From Candidatus Poribacteria bacterium (GTDB lineage Bacteria; Poribacteria; WGA-4E; WGA-3G), in assembly GCA_965242965.1 (NCBI GenBank), contig OZ251518.1:1696001-1760000 (forward strand): DNA of 64,000 bases. The letters are read 5' to 3'. Shown piece after piece: positions 49,412 to 59,962 of this stretch. The notes below the pieces were generated by a model. The model saw only the letters and a program-made list of their open reading frames with translations, did no database searches and had not been told where the DNA came from. The stretch's first letter is position 1, and every line of letters begins with the position of its first letter. The position numbers were made by a program, and so were the translations under genes.

Positions 49412-50220
49412 AGGATTTTCATATATCCGATAGGCGCGGTTTCAAACAGAAAAGACCGTAGTTCGGGATCGCCTGATCCCGAACGGGTCAAGATCAGGCG
49501 ATCTTGACCTACAGGGGGATGCGGTCTGCCAGCCAAACGCATGGCGAGGGCCTGTCCCCCGCGCTACGGTATAGGGAAGGCGATTGGGCCCTCGGACGAT
49601 CGCGGGGGACAGGCCCCCGCGCTACGGTGAAAAAAACGCCGCCCCTTCACGTAGGGCGGGGGCCCTCGGATGCCACACGCGCATCCGAGCGGGTTCCCCC
49701 CGCCATGCTGCGGTCTCCCGAAACCTCGCGAGGGACAGGCCCTCGCGCTACGGTATCGGGAAGGCGATTGGGCCCTCGGCCGATCGCGAGGGACAGGCCC
49801 TCGCGCTACGGTGAAAAAACGTCGCCCCTTCATCGTAGGGCGAGGGACAGGCCCCCGCCATGCTGCGGTCTACCGAAACCTCGCGAGGGACAGGCCCTCG
49901 CACTACGAAATCGGGAAGGTGCTTGGGCCCTCGGACGCTCGCGAGGGACAGGCCCTCGCGCGACGGTATCGGGAAGGTGCTTGGGCCCTCGGACGCTCGC
50001 GAGGGACAGGCCCTCGCGCGACGGTAAAAAACGGCGTGCGTTACCGTAGGGCGGGGGCCTGTCCCCCGCCATGCTGTGGTCTCCCGAGAACTCGCGAGGG
50101 ACAGGCCCTCGCGCTACGGTATCGGGAAGGCGATTGGGCCATCGCGCTACGGAGTAAGGGGACGCATCGAGACCGGGAGGTCTCTCCTATCGGGAAGGTA
50201 TTGATATATGAAACACCCTC
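49411..50220. mobile_element. MITE-like element copy 6 (left end decayed, no target duplication)
   Basis: Right 26 bp are the exact reverse complement of the left end of copy 2; left end GAGGATTTTCATATATC. Confidence 0.65.
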
Positions 50221-50849
50221 AATCTATAAAGGAACAGAAATTGAAGATAGCCGTCCTCGTCTCAGGGAGCGGGACTAACCTGCAAACCCTGATAGAGCAA
50301 CTCCATCAAGAACCGGACAGCGGCATCGACATCGCTGTCGTCATCAGCGAACGGCAGAGTGCCTACGCGCTCACCCGCGCCAAAAATGCAGGCATCCCGA
50401 CGCGCGTTGTCAAAACCCAAGATTTTAAGAACCGCGTCGATTTTGACGCGGCAATTTCACGTGAAATCGAGCAGGCAGGCGCAGAATTAATAGTCCTCGC
50501 GGGTTTCATGAAAATCTTTCAACCGCCTTTTGTCCGCAAATATCGGAATCGTATCCTCAACGTGCATCCGACGCTGCTGCCTGCTTTTCCGGGCGCGCAC
50601 CCTGTCGCCGATACGTTGGCATACGGCGTGAAGGTCGCGGGAGTTACTGTGCATTTCGTTGATGAGGGTGTTGACTCCGGTCCGATTATCGCACAGAGGG
50701 CGGTGCCCGTGTTGGATACAGACGATGAGGAGAGCCTGCACGCGCGCATCCAAGTTGAAGAGCATCAACTCTATCCGCAGGTAATTAAGTGGTACGCGCA
50801 GGGACAATTGAAAATTGAGGGGCGAAAAGTCATCGTCACAGCCCAATAA
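50208..50849 (+). CDS. purN: Phosphoribosylglycinamide formyltransferase
   Basis: IAVLVSGSGTNLQ, LAGFM, NVHPTLLP, HFVDEGVDSGPII. Start is either ATG 50208 in the TIR or TTG 50241. Confidence 0.96.
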   Translation: MKHPQSIKEQKLKIAVLVSGSGTNLQTLIEQLHQEPDSGIDIAVVISERQSAYALTRAKNAGIPTRVVKTQDFKNRVDFDAAISREIEQAGAELIVLAGFMKIFQPPFVRKYRNRILNVHPTLLPAFPGAHPVADTLAYGVKVAGVTVHFVDEGVDSGPIIAQRAVPVLDTDDEESLHARIQVEEHQLYPQVIKWYAQGQLKIEGRKVIVTAQ

Positions 50850-50853
50850 AAAC

Positions 50854-51915
50854 ATGCTAGCTATTTCAACACGCTGGAACGCTTCAACACAACCCGATGG
50901 TGCGGCCCTGTTTGACGAACTGAAGGCACTCGGTTTTGAGACGATTGCACTCAGCCAGCACCTGACGCATGAACAGGTTGAGCAGCTCAAGCCGCTGCTC
51001 CGCGAAAATCCGCCTTGTTCGATTCGCGATACGGTAATTGGGAGATCGCGAGGGACAGGCCCTCGCGCTACGGGAAGCGGGGGATCGCGAGGGATAGGGC
51101 ATCGCGCTACGGTGACCGAGAGATCGCGAGGGACAGGCCCTCGCGCTACGGTGGGGGAGTCGGTGTCGGTGCGGAACAGATCGCGAGGGACAGGCCCTCG
51201 CGCTACGGTTAAGGAGGCAGATCCGGGGCATCGCGATACGGGACGCGGGGTTCACCTTGCCAGCCTTAACGCCGATAAACGAAACGAAGCTATCCGGCGG
51301 ACTGTGCGAACGATGGAACTCGCTGTCGAATTGGAAGTGCCGATAGTCGTGCTAGACCTCGGCGAAGTGGATACTTACGATAGAACTTATCTGCTGCAAA
51401 ACCTCTACGATTACGGCGAACGCGAGTTTGAGGCGTTCAGCGAGAAGGTAACCGAGGCGACAGAATGGCGCAAGCGCAAGCAGTCTAAACATCGGGACGC
51501 TGTCCTCCGAAGCCTCGACGAATTGAATGAACGCGCCTTGCGGATGCACCTCCACATTGCCGTTGAAAATCGTCCGCGCTATTATCAGATTCCGAATTTT
51601 GACGAAGTCGGACTGTTTTTTGAGGAATTCTACGGCAGTCCGATGCGCTATTGGCACGATGTGGCGCACGCCGCGCTGCAGGAATGCCTCGGTTTGTGCC
51701 GCGCGCATACGTGGTTGGAGGCATACGCCGAACACCTCATCGGTGTGAATCTGCACGACTTGCAGGGGCTTGAGGCGTATCACCCGCCGGGCACGGGGGA
51801 TTTGGATTGGGATGAAGTATTCGCACAAATGCCGGAGAATATCGTGAAGGTATTGGAGATTCAACACGGCGAAGCGGCGGCGGCACAGGAAGCGCGCGAA
51901 TTCTGCCAAACCTAG
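50854..51915 (+). CDS. Xylose-isomerase-like TIM barrel protein with in-frame repeat insertion
   Basis: LAISTRWN, IAVENR..QIP, YWHDVAHA, NLHD, HPPGTGDLDW. Confidence 0.8.
   Translation: MLAISTRWNASTQPDGAALFDELKALGFETIALSQHLTHEQVEQLKPLLRENPPCSIRDTVIGRSRGTGPRATGSGGSRGIGHRATVTERSRGTGPRATVGESVSVRNRSRGTGPRATVKEADPGHRDTGRGVHLASLNADKRNEAIRRTVRTMELAVELEVPIVVLDLGEVDTYDRTYLLQNLYDYGEREFEAFSEKVTEATEWRKRKQSKHRDAVLRSLDELNERALRMHLHIAVENRPRYYQIPNFDEVGLFFEEFYGSPMRYWHDVAHAALQECLGLCRAHTWLEAYAEHLIGVNLHDLQGLEAYHPPGTGDLDWDEVFAQMPENIVKVLEIQHGEAAAAQEAREFCQT
51024..51242 (-). repeat. Intragenic tandem GTAG hairpin array
   Basis: TCGCGAGGGACAGGCCCTCGCGCTACGG x3, plus 1 degenerate and 2 partial copies. Confidence 0.92.
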
Positions 51916-51922
51916 TCTCTCC

Positions 51923-52260
51923 CGTAGGCGGGACATCCCTGTCCCGATAGGTAACACTCTGTCACCGTAGCGCAGGGGCCTGTCCCCTGCGATCGTTGAT
52001 TTGCCCAGGAACGCCCCTTCACCGTAGCACAGGGGCCTGATGGGGGGAATCGAGACCAGGAGGTCTCTCCTACGGGAGTTAATCGAGACCGGGAGGTCTC
52101 TCCTACTGGGTTTCTTCGGTCGGAGGGACATCCCTGTCCCGATTCAGTCGGAGGGACATCCCTGTCCCGACAGGTAACACTCCCTCACCGTAGCGCAGGG
52201 GCCTGTCCCCTGCGATCGTTGATTTGTCCAGTGCATCGAGACCAGGAGGTCTCTCCTACC
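51923..52260. repeat. GTAG hairpin array
   Basis: Covariant GTAGCGCAGGGGCCTGTCCCCTGCG x2 and GGGACATCCCTGTCCC x3. Confidence 0.88.
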
Positions 52261-52273
52261 GGTGTCGTAACGC

Positions 52274-52654
52274 ATGAAAACCTACTTTTTTAGCCGAACT
52301 GAACGCCGCATCCTGAAATCCGTGTGCGCCGAGATGGTAGGCGTTGCACGCGATACGCCGTTAGATGAACCGCTGGAAGCGATGGACGCGTTCGTCATGC
52401 AACTGCCGAAGACGCTGCAAGTGCAGTTCCGATGTGGGCTGTTTGTGTTTGAGTGGGGACCGCTTCTGTTTATCACGAAACCGCGCCGTTTCACGCGCCT
52501 GTCTTCTCCTGATGCTGCGCGCTATATTGAGACTTGGGCTGCCAGCCGTTTCGGGGTGCGCCGGCTGCTTTTCCGCGGATTGCGAGACATTGCGTTCCTT
52601 GGCTACTATTGTTTTCCTGTGAAGACAGCACGCCATAGTAGGCGCGCTTTGTAA
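52274..52654 (+). CDS. Small protein resembling gluconate-2-dehydrogenase subunit 3 / GMC-associated domain
   Basis: RRFTRLS..YIETWAAS..RRLLFRGLR..FLGYY. Confidence 0.6.
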   Translation: MKTYFFSRTERRILKSVCAEMVGVARDTPLDEPLEAMDAFVMQLPKTLQVQFRCGLFVFEWGPLLFITKPRRFTRLSSPDAARYIETWAASRFGVRRLLFRGLRDIAFLGYYCFPVKTARHSRRAL

Positions 52655-52677
52655 ATTAATTGCGGATGTTTGATATT

Positions 52678-53272
52678 CTGTAGTTTGTGATCGCCTGATC
52701 ACAAACGGGTCAGGATCAGGCGATCCTGACCTACAGAGCTCGCGAGGCATCGGTCAAGACGAAAACTGCCCGTTACCGTAGCGCGAGGGCCCTCGGATGC
52801 CATACGTGCATCCGAGCGGGTTTCCCTCGCGAGCGTTCAAGTGTCTGAAGCAGGATTTTCAAGATTTTTCAAGATTTTCAGGATAAGAGTCGGCGGCATT
52901 GTAGATCGCAGCATGGCGGGGGACAGGCGCAGGGGCTCCTCCTCTGTAGGTCAGGATCGCCTGATCCTGACCTGTTTGCGATCAGGCGATCGCAAACTAC
53001 AGATGGGAACAACGAAAACCGCCGCTCCCACCGTAGCGCGAGGGCCTGTCCCTCGCGAGCGCCGGTCGAGACGAAAACCGCCACTTCACCGTAGCGCGAG
53101 GGCCTGTCCCTCGCGATCGTTGGGGTGCCGAGCACGTTTTCCTTAGATCGCAGCATGGCGGGGGACAGGCCCCCGCCCTACGATAACAGGAACGTTTTTT
53201 CCACCGTAGCGCGAGGGCCTGTCCCTCGCGAGCGCCGGTCAAGACGAAAATCGCCCATTCCCTCGCGCTACG
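52678..53272. repeat. Mosaic hairpin array upstream of the giant gene
   Basis: Shares spacers with 59542-59890. Confidence 0.9.
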
Positions 53273-53302
53273 ATACCGAAAATTAAAAAAAAGCGAAAAA
53301 AT

Positions 53303-53331
53303 TTGACATTTTTACGTGTTTATGATATTAT
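53303..53331 (+). promoter_or_regulatory. Sigma70-like promoter
   Basis: TTGACA-17-TATTAT with TG extension. Confidence 0.7.
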
Positions 53332-53400
53332 ATCTATCAACGCCGCTACGGTAGGAAAGACTACCTACCCAATAGCCAAAATATAGATAAAGGAGAAATA

Positions 53401-56400
53401 ATGAATGTTACCGCAAAATATCACAAAAGACCCCCCCCCTTCATGACATACGTGAAGTATACCCTTTAGCAACTCCGAAGCAGTTGTTAGGCTGTCTGCT
53501 CCTGCTGTGCATCGGCATGCTTCCCTGGCTAGCACCGTCAACCGCACACGCCGTCAACGACATCACCTTTACGTTATCGGCATCCGGAGCCAATGTTGGC
53601 GATGCGTTTGGATACCGTTCCAGCACCACTCTCGTCCTCCCCGCGCGTCAGGTCACCGGTCCCTTTACGCTTGAAATAGCCTTTTCAGAGAGAGTCACTG
53701 GGCTTGTGAGCGGCCACTTTACTGTTACTGGAGGCACAGGAACCTTCACCACGCTGCAGGAAGATGCCACCGATACAAAAGTCTGGAAAACGACGGTTAC
53801 TCCAACAGGCGGAGGTATCTCTCAGATTCTCGGGAACCTCACTTCCCCTCCAACAATTGCAGCAGCCGATGGCAGTGGTGATACTGTCACCTTTACAGGC
53901 AGCACAGGTCGCTTAACTTTCTATTACGACCTGCCACCGACGTTTTCTGCTGCCACCCAAGCGGTTTCCATAGCGGAAGGAACAACTACGACTACGGACA
54001 TCGCTACCTTGGCAGCCACCGATGGCAATACGGATCATACGGTGACTTATGCCATTACGGCGACCGGCGGTGGCGCAGATGGCGCGCGGTTTACGATTGC
54101 GGGGACCGGTAACGACAGATTGCGATTTGTCGCCGTGCCGGACTTTGAAAATCCGACAGACGCGGTGAGTGCCACGCCTGTCAATGCGGCGGGGAACAAC
54201 GTATATATCGTTGTCGTCACTGCCTCCAGCACTAACCCCAGCTCTACCACCTACCAGACCAGTGACACTGACAATACGCCTTATACGCTGCCGGCGCAAA
54301 CTGCCACGCAGACGTTCACTATCACCGTCACGGATGTGACAACTGAGGCACCGTCTGCGCCGACTGCACCGATGGTGACAGCGGCGAATGCAACGCCGAC
54401 GCAATTAAGCGTGACTTGGAGTGCACCTGCGAACACGGGTCCGGCGATTACGGATTACGATGTGCAGTATCGCACAACGGGTCCGCCTGCCGGCATGTGG
54501 CAAGATGCAGGTTTCAATGGCACTGGCACTTCCACGACGTTGACAGGGTTAACGGCAGGGACAGCGTATCAGGTGCAGGTGCGTGCGAAGAATGACGAGG
54601 GCACCGGACTCTGGTCTAATTCTCGCGATGCGACCACGGCGGCGAATGCTCCACCGGCTTTTGACGTTGCCACAACGGCATTCAATGTTGCGGAAAATAG
54701 CACCACGGTGACAACCGCCTCGGCGACGGATGCGGATACGGTGGTTACCGATGTGGTGAGTTATGCGATTAGTGGTGGCGCGGATAGCGCGAAGTTCTCC
54801 ATCAATGCGTCTAGCGGCGCGGTGACATTCACTTCGGCACCGGATTTTGAAGATGCGCAAGATGTCGTGAGTGCCAATCCGTCAAATGCGGCGGGGAATA
54901 ACGTGTATGTGGTGACAGTCACGGCATCGAGTGGGGCAAATGCCCGTGCGCTGTCGGTGAACAAGACGCTCACTGTCACCGTTACGGATGTGAACGAGCC
55001 GCCCTCAAAACCTGATGCACCGATGGTGACAGCGGCACCAGCTACGCCGACAGAGTTGAGCGTGACGTGGAGTGCGCCGACGAACACCGGCAAGCCGGCA
55101 ATATCGGATTACGATGTGCAGTATCGCGCGGGGACTTCTGGGGGGTTCACGAGTCATGCACACACCGGTACCACCAGAACAGCAACGATAACCGGGTTAA
55201 CGCCGAATACAGCGTATCAGGTGCAGGTGCGCGCGACGAATGCAGAGGGGACAGGGGCCTGGTCTAATTCTGGCGATGCGACCACGGCGGCGAATGCTCC
55301 ACCGGCTTTTGACGTTGCCACAACGGCATTCAATGTTGCGGAGAATAGCACCACGGTGACAACCGCCTCGGCGACGGATGCGGATACGGTGGTTACCGAT
55401 GTGGTGAGTTATGCGATTAGTGGTGGCGCGGATAGCGCGAAGTTCTCCATCAATGCGTCTAGCGGCGCGGTGACATTCACATCGGCACCGGATTTTGAAG
55501 ATGCGCAAGATGTCGTGAGTGCCAATCCGTCAAATGCGGCGGGAAATAATGAGTATATCGTGATAGTCACGGCATCGAGTGGGACAGGTGCTCGTGCGCT
55601 GTCGGAGAGTAAGACGCTCACCGTCACCGTTACGGATGTGAACGAGCCGCCCTTGAAACCTGCTGCACCGACGGTGACAGCGGCGGATGCCACGCCGACG
55701 CAGTTGAGCGTGACGTGGAGTGCGCCGACGAACACCGGCAAGCCGGCGATTACGGATTACGATGTGCAGTATCGGACGACGGGTCCGCCTGCCGGCATGT
55801 GGCAAGATGCAGGTTTCACTGGCACTGGCACTTCCACGACGTTGTCAAGTTTAACGCCGGGGACAGCGTATCAGGTGCAGGTGCGCGCGACGAATGCAGA
55901 GGGCACCGGACTCTGGTCTAATTCTGGCAGTAGGACCACGGCGGCGAACGTTGCACCGGTTTTCGACGATACCACGACGGAATTCGATGTTGCGGAAAAT
56001 AGCACCGCGGTGACAACCGCCTCGGCGACGGATGCGGATACGGTGGTTACCGATACGGTGAGTTATGCGATTAGCGGTGCGGATAGCGCGCAGTTTTCGA
56101 TTAATGAGACGACAGGTGAGTTGACGTTCACAACGGCACCGGATTTTGAAAATGCGCAAGACGTTTTGAGCACCGCACCCGCGAATGCGGCGGGAAATAA
56201 TGAGTATGTCGTGGTGGTTCAAGCGCAGAGTGGTGCTCCCGGCCGTCGACTCACGACGCAGAAAACGCTCGTTGTGACTGTGACGAATGTGGAGATCCCT
56301 CCGAAGCTGGCTGCCCCGGGCCTGACGGAGATGACGCTGACTTCGGTGAGCATTCAGTGGACAGCACCGGCGGACACGGGGTTGGCGATTACGGGTTACG

Positions 56401-59400
56401 ATGTGCGGTATCGGCAAGGGCGCAGTGGCGCGTTCACGGATGCGGGTTTTGATGGCACCGGCACTGCCACGGTGCTCACCGGGTTGACACAGCATGCGGT
56501 TTATGAGATTCAGGTGCGCGCGACGAATTCGGAGGGATCGGGGCCCTGGTCGGATGCCGTCACGGCGGTGCCACAGGATAACAATCCGCCGGCGTTCAGC
56601 GGTGATACTGCTGTCACTGTGGCAGAAAATACCCCGGCGCGCACGCCTGTTGTCACTGTCGTTGCTACTGACGAAGACCCGGCCGATGAGATTACGGGGT
56701 ATACGCTGAGCGGGACAGATAGCGGTGCCTTCACGTTGGATGCGCGCAGCGGTGTCTTGCGGTTTCGTGTATCGCCAGATTTTGAAAATCCGATAGATGT
56801 TGCGCATACGTCACCTGCGCCGGCAGATGCGGCGGGTAATAACACCTATATTGTCTTCGTCACGGCGACGAGTGGGACAGGCGGGCGCGCGCTGACAGCG
56901 ACGCAGCGTCTCACGATTACCGTTACCGCTGTTGACGATATGTCCGTCGGGTTGGTGCTTGAGAGTTCGGTTGCGTTGACAGGTGACAGGCGTTTGACAA
57001 GTGAACCGAGTTGGACAGTGACGTTCGATTTCTCGAAGCCGCTTGCCGCCGCGGGAGACGCGGCGTTTAGCGTCTCAGACATCAATGTTAGCGTCAATGG
57101 TGGCGCGGGGACAGCGACGTTCGGTGAATTGACGCGTGCTGAATCGGCGGATGCGCGTTATACGGTGCCTGTCACTGTTAGCGCGGAAGGCACTTATACG
57201 TTCCAAGTAAAAAACGGAAGTGTTGCCACGCCCACCGGCGATACTTATGGCGGTGCCGCCTCGCCGTTGGTGGTGATTTACAATACACCGCCGGTGATAA
57301 CCGATGTCGCAGTGGTGGCACCGCCGGCGACGGGGTATATCGTCGGTAGCGAACTCTCCCTTGAACTGACGTTTGACGATGACAATGTGAATATCCCTGC
57401 GAATGTGGATGTCGCGAATCGGCCGTATATCGTGCTCTATTTAGGTGAGCGCACGGCGGCGAATCAGCGGCGCGCCTATTGGCAGTCGGCGCGCGATGCG
57501 AATTCCACCGTCGTCACGTTTGCCTATGAAGTGCAGGCGGATGACGTTGCGAACGTGGTCCATTGGGAGCCGCGTCTCGTCGTGCCGGAAACAGCACCCA
57601 TCACGAATGGCGTGAGGGCGATAGTGACAGGCGAACCTGCTGGTACCGATGCCCTGCCTGACAGAGGTCCTAGCGGCATCGTGGCGTTTCCGGGGGAAAC
57701 GACGCAGCCCGCGCAGGGCCAACCGCAGGAGCCGGTTGCGCCGTTGACGCAGGAGGTGCCTGTGCTTGGTGCGCCTGTGGTATTTCTGCCGCCAGAGACA
57801 GTGGAGCCCGTGAAACCGACGCAGATTCCCCGCACGCCGTTGATTTTCAACGAACTCGGCAACGGTGCTTCGGGTGCTAACGATTGGCTGGAACTCCGGA
57901 ATGTCACGGCGGAGGCGGTGCCGCTGAAAAACTGGGGCATCAGCATCGTCGCCGATGGAAAGAAAGTGGACAAACCCTTAGTGAGATTTCCATCGGATGC
58001 GGCGTTCAGCATTCCGCCGAACGGACTCTTGCTCATCACGCGGCGGCCCCCGGAGAAAACGCGGCTCGCAGGGGCGATTGACATCACGAACCCCGGCAAG
58101 ACAGGTGCAGTGCATCACTATTTCGTCGCGCCTGAGTTCACACTGCCCGATGATGGACAGTTCCTCTTGATTCTCCGCAATGCGAAGGGGAAACTCGGCA
58201 AAGGCGAGAATGTGATTGATGTCGCTGGCGGTGGCGGACCCGATACGGATGCCTTTATTGCCGACAAAGGCGACGCGTTCCAGACAGACATCTGGCCGCT
58301 GCAAGCGACAGCGCATCCCCGTGAGGACACCGCATCGGCTCTCGCAGCAGGCAAGGTATGGCAGCGCGCGAAGGCGGATAGCGTCGGCTACCACAAAGAT
58401 GCGTGGATGCAGGCCGCCTACACCGGGGTCGGCTATGATAGGGTGACAGAAACCTCACCGGCGACAGCCGGCACACCCGGCTATCCCAACGATGCCATGA
58501 AACCGGTGGCTGCCACGCCGAAAGGCAGTGTCACCTTCAGTGAACTCATGGTGGATTCAGCCGGTGGTAAACTGCCGCAGTGGATTGAGCTGTATAATGC
58601 CTCGAAAACGGAAGCACTGAACCTCAACCGCTGGAAACTAGAAATCCAGAATGTCGATTCCGAAGATTTAATCGGCAGACCGGTTGTGACGTTGACGCTG
58701 AAGGAAAAAATAATTCAGCCGAATCAGACGTTGCTCATCGTGGCAGGTCCGGCGCGTGCCTCGTCGGATTCGTATCTACCGGCGGATAGAGTTTACGACC
58801 TGCTTGCATTACACGAGAAGAATCTGCGTATCAAGCGTGCGCAGGATACCTTCTTGAGTATCGAGGGGTTCTACCTGAAACTCACCGATAGAAATGGGCA
58901 TCTCGTTGACGAAGTCGGGAATAGGGACAGCGACAGGCATTCGGATGATGCACCGGCGTGGGCATTACCGTTGAGTAGCGAGGAAGGTTCGCGGAGTTCT
59001 CTCATTCGGCGTTACACCGAGGGCACCTCGGCGGCGGGACCGGGGAGAAAGAGGTCGAGTTGGGTCTTGGCGGCGCGTGTCAAGAAAGTCGCTTCTAGCA
59101 GCGATGCGCTCTACTGGGGGGATGCGGATGACATCGGCACGCCGGGTTATCGTGAGGGTGGCGCGTTACCGGTGGAGTTATCGAGTTTCTCGATGGCGCG
59201 CAATGAAGCCGGTGCTGTCATCTTGACATGGACAACCGAGTCCGAGGTCGACAACGCGGGCTTCAACCTGCGCCGGAGTTTGAAACGCGATAGCGGTTTC
59301 ACGCTTTTGAATCCTGCCTTAATCGCCGGTGCCGGCACGACTGGGGAACGTCAGACGTATACGTTTACGGATACGTCTGCGAAGCCGGGGATTGAGTATT

Positions 59401-59528
59401 ACTATCAGATTGAGGAAGTTGCGTCTGATGGTAAGCCGGCGACGTTAGCGATGCGTCTGTTGCGCGGTTCCGTGTCTGCGTCAAATCGGATGCTGACTAC
59501 GTTCGGTGAGGTGAAACGGCAAAAATAG
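53401..59528 (+). CDS. Giant secreted protein with Ig-like, alternating cadherin/FN3 and lamin-tail-like domains; likely true start 53401 is out of frame at a C9 tract
   Basis: Signal ..LLLLCIGMLPWLAPSTAHA; cadherin PDFE/ATDAD; FN3 VTWSAP..YDVQYR..YQVQVRA; LIFNE/WLEL; LPVELSSF. RBS AAGGAG precedes ATG 53401. Confidence 0.88.
54340..56290 (+). repeat. ~648-bp tandem FN3+cadherin coding repeats (3 units)
   Basis: 54611-54900 nearly identical to 55259-55548. Confidence 0.9.
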
Positions 59529-59541
59529 CCGTGCTCAGTAC

Positions 59542-59890
59542 CGTAGCGCGGGGGCCTGTCCCCCGCGAGCGTCCGATTAACGCAGCATGGCGAGGGACAG
59601 GCCCTCGCCCTACGGTGAAGGGGGGTTGTTATCGTAGCGCGAGGGCCTGTCCCTCGCGATCCTCCGGTCGAGACGAAAACCGCCGCCTCCACCGTAGCGC
59701 GAGGGCCTGTCCCTCGCGATCGTTCAGGTCTGAAGCAGGATTTCCAAGAGTATCAAGATTTTCAGGATAAGAGATCTGCTGCATCGTCGTGCGCGGCATG
59801 GCGGGGGACAGGCCCCCGCCCTACGGTAACAAAACCGCCTGTTCACCTACGCTCAGGCGAGCGGAAACTACAGAACGGAACAACAAAAAT
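59542..59890. repeat. Mosaic hairpin array downstream of the giant gene
   Basis: GTAG hairpins plus a CAGGATTTCCAAGAGTATCAAGATTTTCAGGAT unit. Confidence 0.9.
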
Positions 59891-59894
59891 CAAT

Positions 59895-59923
59895 TTGACA
59901 AACGCGTTTAAATGTGGTATCAT
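59895..59923 (+). promoter_or_regulatory. Sigma70-like promoter for trpDC
   Basis: TTGACA-17-TATCAT with TG extension. Confidence 0.7.
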
Positions 59924-59962
59924 ATACTCCTTGACATCTTTACGCGCTTGGAGGAAAATCAC

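Noticed and set aside
59912-59962. trp attenuator leader peptide
   Set aside because: The single Trp codon lies inside the promoter; there are no tandem Trp codons or terminator.
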